From: Pseudomonadota bacterium | GTDB lineage: Bacteria > Desulfobacterota > Desulfobacteria > Desulfobacterales > RPRI01 | Assembly (NCBI GenBank): GCA_043825875.1 | Contig: JBDRRF010000014.1 | Coordinates: 1-34,053, forward strand | Reading direction: 5' to 3' | DNA: 34,053 nt | Part shown: piece after piece, positions 27,198 to 34,053 of the stretch | Layout of the letters: each line of letters begins with the position of its first letter | Numbering within the stretch: position 1 is the first letter of the stretch | Program-made: the position numbers and the translations under genes | The notes under the pieces: generated by a model | Database searches by the model: none | The model's input: only the letters and a program-made list of their open reading frames with translations | Told to the model about the DNA's origin: nothing

Positions 27198-29303
27198 ATG
27201 CCAAGCAAAGAAAACACCGATTTAACCCACATTATAAAAAACAATTCTTCGATTCAGCAAGTTGTAAGCCGTGTAAGCCCTGAGCTAACCGCAAGAAGAT
27301 ATCACAAACCGGCCGTATGCAATGTATTTATGAATGACTTTATAAGAACAGATGAAACAGATGATTATAAGTTTGAGATTCATGTTGAATCAAAAAAACG
27401 ATTGCCTGATATAATAGGAAACAAGGTGCAGATTTTGAAAGGCTTAAATTCTGCTGATGACTCATTCAAAAAGAAATATTGCAAAAAAAGAAATATAGGA
27501 ATCGTATTTTCAGGAGGACCGGCGCCAGGGGGGCACAATGTTATTGCAGGTATGTATGATGCCGCAAAGAAAGCCAATCCGGAAAGTACTATATACGGTT
27601 TTTTGCTTGGCCCTGACGGGATTATTGAAAATGAATGTGTAGAACTGAATGACGACATCGTTGATGCCTACAGAAACCTTGGCGGATTCGGTATGATAAA
27701 AACTGGCCGTACAAAAATAGATTCCAAGGGAAAAACGTCTCTCTCAAAGGAGACATGCAGCAAATTGAAACTGGATGCACTTGTAATTGTGGGAGGAGAT
27801 GATTCGAATACAAATGCCGCCTTTCTTGCACAAGACATGTTTGATGATGGTGTGCAAATCATTGGTGTTCCAAAAACAATTGATGGTGATATCCAGGTAA
27901 GGGATGCAAACGGAACGATTCTTTGTGCAATTTCTTTCGGCTTTCATACGGCAGCTCTTGCTTTTGCAAATTCCGTAAGCAATCTATGCACAGACAGCAG
28001 TTCGGATGTAAAGTACTGGCATATATGTAAAGTAATGGGAAGGGTTGCAAGCCATCTTGCTTTAGAAGTTGCACTCCAGACTCATGCCAATATAACTCTT
28101 ATAGGTGAGGATCTGGCCGATTATGTGGATGTAAGACGGCTGGAAAAAGCAAAAAAAGAAGGAACTGTTGATTATACTGCTTTTGGGATGACCTTGCGTC
28201 ATCTGTCCCGTATGATGTGTGACGGGATTGTACGCAGAGCCGCTGTCGGTAAAAGTTACGGAGTGATAGTTATTCCCGAGGGGGTTCTTGAATTTGTAAA
28301 TGAGATCCAGGTATTTATTATCAAGCTTAATACAATTATAGCCAAATATAATTCAACCCATGATAACGACTTTCACAGTGATTTTCCGGTTCTTGAAGAT
28401 AAACTAGAATACCTGCGCAGATTAGCAAAAGTTTCAAGGGAAGATGGAGGCTTTACTGTCTGGAACACAAGAGATGATGATCTTTTTAATGACATTCCGG
28501 CTTTTTTCCAGGAAGGTCTTCTTACTGAAAGAGACAGCCATGGTAATTTCCAGTTTTCCCAGGTTGAGACGGATAAAGTGCTTATGGGTCTTGTAAAAGA
28601 TTATCTTAAAATATTAAAAGAAAAAGGTCAGTACAAGATTGGAATAAAAAAGAGCTATTTTAATAAAACTCTACAAAAGGGTAATCTTAACCCTGATCTT
28701 TACGGCCCTGTGCTTTTTAATAATTACAAAGAAGAGTTTCTGATAGTCAAAAATTCCATTACATCGCTTAAAACCTTAACTCAGGAGCTTGTTAAAGAAG
28801 GCCTGTTGGAAGAAGGCGGGAATATTCCGGGGGCGGTTGAAAAAATCTATAAAAAATCCATACCCAGCTTTAAGACACAGCTTCACTTTTATGGCTATGA
28901 TGGAAGAGGAAATGACCCAAGCGGTTTTGACTGTGTTTATGGATATAATTTAGGCCTTACAGCTTTTAGTCTTATAGCAAACGGGGCAACCGGCCAAATG
29001 GCTGCTATAAAAAACCTTGAAAAAGGATTTGGAGAATGGGAACCGATAGGTATTCCCATAGCGCCTCTTATGCGAATAGAAGAAAGAAAAGGAAAGATGG
29101 AACTGGTTTTGGAAAAAACTATTGTAGATGTGAATTCGCCTGCTTTTAATATAGTAAAAGAACTTCGGGAAAAATGGCTTGGTGCTTATGCTGGTGAAGA
29201 TGATTACCGTAAGCCCGGGCCTATAAGATTTAGCGAAAACTGTGAAGAAAACAGGCCATTGACGTTTATCTTGAATGAACTTGTAAGGAAGGAGCAGAGT
29301 TAA
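27198..29303 (+). CDS. pfp: Pyrophosphate-dependent phosphofructokinase (long form)
   Basis: SGGPAPGGHNVI, PPi-type GGDDSN and PKTIDGD, VMGR, GYDGR. Confidence 0.9.
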   Translation: MPSKENTDLTHIIKNNSSIQQVVSRVSPELTARRYHKPAVCNVFMNDFIRTDETDDYKFEIHVESKKRLPDIIGNKVQILKGLNSADDSFKKKYCKKRNIGIVFSGGPAPGGHNVIAGMYDAAKKANPESTIYGFLLGPDGIIENECVELNDDIVDAYRNLGGFGMIKTGRTKIDSKGKTSLSKETCSKLKLDALVIVGGDDSNTNAAFLAQDMFDDGVQIIGVPKTIDGDIQVRDANGTILCAISFGFHTAALAFANSVSNLCTDSSSDVKYWHICKVMGRVASHLALEVALQTHANITLIGEDLADYVDVRRLEKAKKEGTVDYTAFGMTLRHLSRMMCDGIVRRAAVGKSYGVIVIPEGVLEFVNEIQVFIIKLNTIIAKYNSTHDNDFHSDFPVLEDKLEYLRRLAKVSREDGGFTVWNTRDDDLFNDIPAFFQEGLLTERDSHGNFQFSQVETDKVLMGLVKDYLKILKEKGQYKIGIKKSYFNKTLQKGNLNPDLYGPVLFNNYKEEFLIVKNSITSLKTLTQELVKEGLLEEGGNIPGAVEKIYKKSIPSFKTQLHFYGYDGRGNDPSGFDCVYGYNLGLTAFSLIANGATGQMAAIKNLEKGFGEWEPIGIPIAPLMRIEERKGKMELVLEKTIVDVNSPAFNIVKELREKWLGAYAGEDDYRKPGPIRFSENCEENRPLTFILNELVRKEQS

Positions 29304-29476
29304 TAAATCTGAATACATAGATATTCTGACTTTAACGCTTTTCTTATAGATGATTTGATCGACAACACCTCAAGTTATCTGCGAAAGAGGAAAAGTAAAG
29401 GGCGTTTTCTTTCTTTGATTGTTGAATGACTCTTCAGGCTTGTGCATTCGGGCGAATGCACACAGGAGATTTTTCT

Positions 29477-30334
29477 ATGAACGATGTCGATGGTGTCGAA
29501 GCAATAGTAGCACAACTACCAACGTTTAAAATTAAAGCATTCAGAACTGCCCTAAAGGTCGTCTCAGACATCAAGAAACATTGGGTCATAGCTGCTATCA
29601 TTTTGTTTTCACTAACCTCATTTAAAATGTTTCCTGTTTGTATTAATAAAGAATATACGGCTCTTCCCCCAAACCATACAGTCAGATTTATTTTCGCTAT
29701 TTTATATGCATTAGCCCTCCCTATGTTTGTGGTTCCATGGATGAAAAGAGTATATGACCCAAAAAACAACATGGGGTTTCATTTTAAATATGGCCGTGAT
29801 GAAATAGGATACTTACTAAAAGTGCTTCTTGTGGTCGTTGTCAGTTTGGTAATGGCTATTCCTCTATTTATAATTTTTGAAATGATGAAGGGAGCAAACG
29901 ATATTGCCACGTGGACTTTGCTTATCACGGGTATTGTTTATATAGTCTTTGCATTCAATTATCTTTTCAGATTCGTACTGATAATCCCTGCTGCTGCACT
30001 TGCTCATAAACTAACCTTAAAAGAGGCTTTGGCTCTTGGAAAAGGTAACGCAGGTAAAATATTTCTAACATTTATTTTCACAAGCATAGCTTCAGTCCTT
30101 ATTGCAATACCAATCATGGTTACAGCAAAAATATTTGGATATATTTTTGAAAACATCAATATGTATCATTTTTTAGATCACTTCCCCGATTTTATTAATT
30201 ATTTGATTCCCGGGTATTTTATATTTTTCTTTCCAAATTTTATATTGTTTTTAGCTGGGGCTTTTGCATTATCTGTTTCAACGCTAATTACAGCCGGAAC
30301 ATACGCAGAAATTTACAAACAGCTTATTGATTGA
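29477..30334 (+). CDS. Hypothetical polytopic membrane protein
   Basis: About 6 hydrophobic helices, RFVLIIPAAAL...LKEAL; start ATG 29477 after CAGGAG. Confidence 0.75.
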   Translation: MNDVDGVEAIVAQLPTFKIKAFRTALKVVSDIKKHWVIAAIILFSLTSFKMFPVCINKEYTALPPNHTVRFIFAILYALALPMFVVPWMKRVYDPKNNMGFHFKYGRDEIGYLLKVLLVVVVSLVMAIPLFIIFEMMKGANDIATWTLLITGIVYIVFAFNYLFRFVLIIPAAALAHKLTLKEALALGKGNAGKIFLTFIFTSIASVLIAIPIMVTAKIFGYIFENINMYHFLDHFPDFINYLIPGYFIFFFPNFILFLAGAFALSVSTLITAGTYAEIYKQLID

Positions 30335-30469
30335 CGACAAGTAATTCCATTAATAAAGGAGGTGTCTTAATTTTTAAGCTTTACGTATGAACTTAAGCCT
30401 TTATATGATTATCAAGACTGGTGCCTTCAGCGCTGAAGATACCTGCCGCATAATATTGGAGAATTGTCT

Positions 30470-31396
30470 ATGGTTAACAGAGCTGGACAGCCTACTATGC
30501 TTGCATGGCTAATTTTATTGATATCATTAGGATTGCCGCTGGTTATCATTTGGTTTTTTCGAATCGACTATTACATGTGCCTTTCACAATCGTATTGTAA
30601 ATTCCCGCCGTTCCTCGGTTCCGGAGTTTATGTGTTGCTTACTTTATTTGTTTTTCCTGTTTTTTTTGTTGGGTTCGGTTACTTTTATATAAAAAACTAT
30701 TTTAAAGAGAACATCAAGTTAGCTATAAACTTGCTATTTTTGGTTTATGTATCTGTTTTGACCGCTTTTTTACCTATCATTTTAGATAAGATATACAATC
30801 GGAAACTTGCCGACGTTGCTGCCGCGCATGACAGATATCTCACAGAGATAGGAGAACGCGCTCTTTTATCTAAACCTGAAAATCGATTAGCGCCAAGTAA
30901 ATTCGAACCACCATATATTATTTTTCATGATGTACTATATTATGTTAAGCCTATGAGTGGAGAGTTTGCAACATCTATACGAGTTATTGATTCTATGAAC
31001 GGAGAATCTTTCGTAAAAAAGTTGGACAAGGACATCATTCGGTCAATTATTATTGGGAAATTAACCTACCGAGATATGCCAAAAATTGATTATCGTACTA
31101 TCTTTGTAGTCAATTATGAAAAGTGGACGGCAGGCAAAGCAACTGTTCGAGGCGGAGGATATTATGCAGGGGATCTAAATGCATATAGCCTGGATGCAAG
31201 AGTGCATGTGGTTGATACCTTAACCAATAATAGAGTCATTTTACCGGTCAGTGTAGAGGGAAATGTGCCGAAGGGGAATGCATCCAACTCTTTTGTATCA
31301 AACACCACTGTTATCGGTAACAGGCCCAATATGCAAAGAATCGAACAATATATTCATTCTCTTGTAAAAAGGCATAGTCAAAAGAAAAATAAATAA
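30470..31396 (+). CDS. Hypothetical protein, 3 N-terminal TM helices plus soluble domain
   Basis: About 308-aa ORF after GGAG; hydrophobic N-terminal third; no family recognised. Confidence 0.7.
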   Translation: MVNRAGQPTMLAWLILLISLGLPLVIIWFFRIDYYMCLSQSYCKFPPFLGSGVYVLLTLFVFPVFFVGFGYFYIKNYFKENIKLAINLLFLVYVSVLTAFLPIILDKIYNRKLADVAAAHDRYLTEIGERALLSKPENRLAPSKFEPPYIIFHDVLYYVKPMSGEFATSIRVIDSMNGESFVKKLDKDIIRSIIIGKLTYRDMPKIDYRTIFVVNYEKWTAGKATVRGGGYYAGDLNAYSLDARVHVVDTLTNNRVILPVSVEGNVPKGNASNSFVSNTTVIGNRPNMQRIEQYIHSLVKRHSQKKNK

Positions 31397-31561
31397 AAAT
31401 CAAATATAATCAATAATAACAAGTTATCATATAGAATATAATGGACTTTAAAAAGATAGATTCCACCATCACTTTTGCTGAAATGTCTCTCTCTTCTTCT
31501 ATGGAAAAAACCGAAGCCTAAAAGTAAGTATGGGTGACCCCAATTTCTCCAATTTCCTTAT

Positions 31562-31794
31562 ATGCGGATTGAAGAAAGAAAAGGAAAGCTGGAACTGGTT
31601 TTGGAAAAAACTATTGTAGATGTAAATTCGCCAGCTTTTAATATAGTAAAAGAACTTCGGGAAAAATGGCTTGGTCTTACCATGGTGAAGATGATTACCG
31701 TAAGCCGGGGCCTATAAGATTTAGCGAAAACTGTGAAGAGAACAGGCCTTTGACGTTTATCTTGAATGAACTCGTAAGGCAAGAGTCGGGCTAG
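31562..31794 (+). pseudogene. Duplicated, frameshifted 3' end of pfp
   Basis: Matches 29070..29303 (MRIEERKGK.ELVLEKTIVDVNSPAF...NELVR) with a 1-nt deletion (GGTGCTTAT to GGTCTTAC) and its own stop TAG. Confidence 0.93.
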
Positions 31795-31799
31795 TAAGG

Positions 31800-31825
31800 C
31801 CGGAACTCAGGATTATTTGTTCCGG
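31800..31825. terminator. Hairpin immediately after the displaced pfp 3' end
   Basis: CCGGAAC / GTTCCGG 7-bp stem, 12-nt loop. Confidence 0.45.
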
Positions 31826-31920
31826 GCATTTGAAGTGCTCCTTTTTGCCAAAATGTCTTCTGTGAAAAATGATAATAAACCAAAAAGAAGCTTTGTTATG
31901 ACCAGATATAGCCATTTTTA

Positions 31921-33474
31921 CTAAACGTTTACTTTCCGGCCAAATGGGATGCCTAATTTGCGCATTTTTGTTCGAAGAGTTGAAGGATTTAATTTCAAAA
32001 GCTTTGCCGCACCTTTTTTCCCGTCTACACGGCCACCGGTTATGTTCAGGGCATTTATAATCGCTTGTGACATTGTTTCTTCAAAGCTGAGAGGATTTTC
32101 CCCGTTACTCTCGGATATCATAACATTTGTGCGAGTCATAATATTACCCAGATTGTCAAAGGCCAGCGGTTTTTCCCTGCTGAGGATAAGGGCACGTTCT
32201 ACTGCATTTTGCAGTTCCCGGACATTGCCAGGCCAATTGTAATTAATGAGCTTCTCGATTGCTCCCTGAGCAAGAGTTGGGACATTCATAAATCCCATTT
32301 CCTGTGACTTTTTCATCATGAAATATTGCACCAATGCAGGAATATCATTGCGTCGATCACGAAGAGGTGGAATCACAATAGGAAAAACCCGCAAGCGGAA
32401 ATAGAGGTCCTCGCGGAACTTGCCTTCTGCCAGCATGGCCTCCAGATTGCGGTGTGTGGCGGCTATGACACGAATATCAACCTTGATGGTCTCTGTCCCA
32501 CCAACCCGTTCGATCTCCTTTTCCTGGATCACTCGTAAGAGCCTGATTTGGGCTCCCGGTGTTAACTCACCGATCTCATCGAGAAAGATTGTGCCGCCCT
32601 GGGCGCGCTCGAATCGGCCTCGTTTCTGGAAAATGGCTCCGGTGAACGCACCCTTCTCATGGCCGAAAAGTTCGCTGTCCATAAGGGTTTCCGGGACAGC
32701 ACCACAATTTACCTTAATAAAAGGACCGTTTCTGCGTAGTGATAGATTATGAATAGCAGTTGCAATTACCTCTTTTCCGGTTCCCGTTTCCCCCAACAAT
32801 AGGACAGGGCTGGCCAGGGGAGCCACTTGCCCGACCATTTCCATGACATGCTTCAGCCCGAAATGGGTGCCTATGATCTCTTCACCAGACTGCTGACGTA
32901 ACTCTTCCTGCAAATACCGGTTGTCATCTGCCAGGCTCTCCTTGAGCCGCAAAACCTCTCTGTAACGTAAATAATTGGAGAGAGCGATGGTAAAAGGCTT
33001 ATTTAAAAGCGTAAACAGTCGCATATGTTTTGCTGAATATTTTTTCCCTCTATTGTTACTGACAAAAATGCCGGCGATAAAATACCATTCCGGATTTGAG
33101 ACAAATCCCATACAGGAGGCATCCGGAGGGCCGATAAGTTCAGACATAGGCCCCATAATGGGATGATCGCCAATTCGGTCGGCCACCGATACACTTGTCA
33201 TCGTCTGAGGATTTTTTCTCATTTCCTCAATAAGCTGTTTCGTATCTGCCGGGGCTACGGTTTTGACGGATGTAAGTTTCCCCCCGCTTAAATCAGCTTT
33301 TGCAATAGTTTCCCCGATTCCTGCCTCTGTATCATAAACATCTATAAGCATGATATCTGCCGGGATATAGTCACGGATGTACATAAAGCAATCCCATAGC
33401 GCTTTTTCGATCTCAAGACTGCCGCAGATTCGAAATGTGGACTCCCTGAAAAAAGAATTTTCATCTGTTGGCAT
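31921..33474 (-). CDS. sigma54-dependent transcriptional activator (GAF-like N-terminus, AAA+, Fis-type HTH)
   Basis: GETGTGKE, SELFGHEKGAFTGA, IFLDEIGE, WPGNVRELQN, GAAKLLKLNPSTLR; start ATG 33474 after AGGA. Confidence 0.95.
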   Translation of the reverse strand: MPTDENSFFRESTFRICGSLEIEKALWDCFMYIRDYIPADIMLIDVYDTEAGIGETIAKADLSGGKLTSVKTVAPADTKQLIEEMRKNPQTMTSVSVADRIGDHPIMGPMSELIGPPDASCMGFVSNPEWYFIAGIFVSNNRGKKYSAKHMRLFTLLNKPFTIALSNYLRYREVLRLKESLADDNRYLQEELRQQSGEEIIGTHFGLKHVMEMVGQVAPLASPVLLLGETGTGKEVIATAIHNLSLRRNGPFIKVNCGAVPETLMDSELFGHEKGAFTGAIFQKRGRFERAQGGTIFLDEIGELTPGAQIRLLRVIQEKEIERVGGTETIKVDIRVIAATHRNLEAMLAEGKFREDLYFRLRVFPIVIPPLRDRRNDIPALVQYFMMKKSQEMGFMNVPTLAQGAIEKLINYNWPGNVRELQNAVERALILSREKPLAFDNLGNIMTRTNVMISESNGENPLSFEETMSQAIINALNITGGRVDGKKGAAKLLKLNPSTLRTKMRKLGIPFGRKVNV

Positions 33475-33540
33475 GAAGTATTTCCTATGTTGAATGAATA
33501 AAATATATCTTATACCACGTTTTATTATAATAAGTGTGTA

Positions 33541-33564
33541 ATGCAACATAAATATACATTGCAT
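33541..33564. promoter_or_regulatory. Candidate upstream activator sequence (inverted repeat)
   Basis: ATGCAA-N12-TTGCAT; related half sites TATGTTGAAT (33486) and CATACAACA. Confidence 0.4.
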
Positions 33565-33620
33565 ACAACATTTTTATTTCAATATTTGTTTAACTGTCTA
33601 TATTTATTTATATAAATATT

Positions 33621-33637
33621 TTGGCATGCTTTAAGCT
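33621..33637 (+). promoter_or_regulatory. sigma54 -24/-12 promoter
   Basis: TTGGCATGCTTTAAGCT, exact GG-N10-GC spacing, divergent from a sigma54 activator gene. Confidence 0.65.
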
Positions 33638-33767
33638 AAGTTCTCTGAGCTGAAATGATAAAAAAATAGAGAGGTATAGTTTAATATAACAAAAAAAGGA
33701 GGTGGAAACAAAGAAAGGGGTGGGAATTTATATCTTTTTAGAAATAACTTAATTGAGGAGGAAAGAT

Positions 33768-34053
33768 ATGAGAAAGAGAAGATGGGGTGAAGCAGGCTTG
33801 TGTGTGTTTTTGGTGCTGGTGATGTTGGGAATTTTCTCTCCAATTGCTGCAGCACAAATGACTACCAGTTTCCATGGTTACCTGGAGTCTAATATTGTTT
33901 TGCGGGATGTAGATGGTGCGCAGTATGGTTTTTTTGACCAAACAGAAGCAGTACAGCAGAGAAATACATTAAAGTTTGATGTTGATATTGATCCCGATAT
34001 AGATATGGGTCCCTTTAGAGTCGAAAAAGTTCATTTGACCTTCAGGGGAGCCT
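33768..34053 (+). CDS. Partial secreted/outer-membrane protein, DUF1302-like (runs off right edge)
   Basis: RBS GAGGAGG; hand translation MRKRRWGEAGLCVFLVLVMLGIFSPIAAA-QMTTSFHGYLESNIVLRD...QQRNTLKFDVD...HLTFRGA; signal peptide then beta-strand pattern; open to the window end. Confidence 0.7.
   Translation, partial: MRKRRWGEAGLCVFLVLVMLGIFSPIAAAQMTTSFHGYLESNIVLRDVDGAQYGFFDQTEAVQQRNTLKFDVDIDPDIDMGPFRVEKVHLTFRGA

Noticed and set aside
31558..31782. Paired minus-strand ORFs 31558..31782 and 28950..29318 as a duplicated gene
   Set aside because: Antisense read-outs of the duplicated pfp 3' end; the synonymous pattern supports the plus-strand frame.
33631..33941. Minus-strand ORFs 33631..33855 and 33738..33941
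   Set aside because: Antisense to the plus-strand gene at 33768, which has a strong RBS and signal peptide.

Overview
AT-rich bacterial chromosomal window; gene content suggests a Desulfobacterales-like anaerobe (inference). From left to right: (1) a partial gene missed by the ORF track, in which an H-NOX heme/NO-sensor domain is fused in frame to a coiled coil and a PAS domain; (2) glycogen phosphorylase 1 and a ~122-bp MITE-like palindromic element; (3) a c-di-GMP operon (CheY-like receiver, CheC-like phosphatase, PAS-GGDEF cyclase, MshEN-PilT ATPase with a degenerate His box); (4) a membrane protein/secreted TPR protein pair with exact 150-bp repeats. Blocks 3-4 are bracketed by two intact copies of a 71-aa [DE]RR-repeat microprotein gene with conserved promoters, and a third decayed copy lies near 1.2 kb. 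Then follow a DUF3795 protein, an MFS transporter, a four-helix-bundle gene relic flanked by heptamer repeats, glycogen phosphorylase 2, the carboxy(nor)spermidine dehydrogenase/decarboxylase pair, an ACT protein, an RND efflux operon and a PPi-dependent phosphofructokinase whose 3' 233 bp is duplicated around a 2.3-kb two-gene islet. The window ends with a sigma54 activator divergent from a sigma54-like promoter and a partial DUF1302-like gene. No rRNA, tRNA, CRISPR array or intact transposase was seen.
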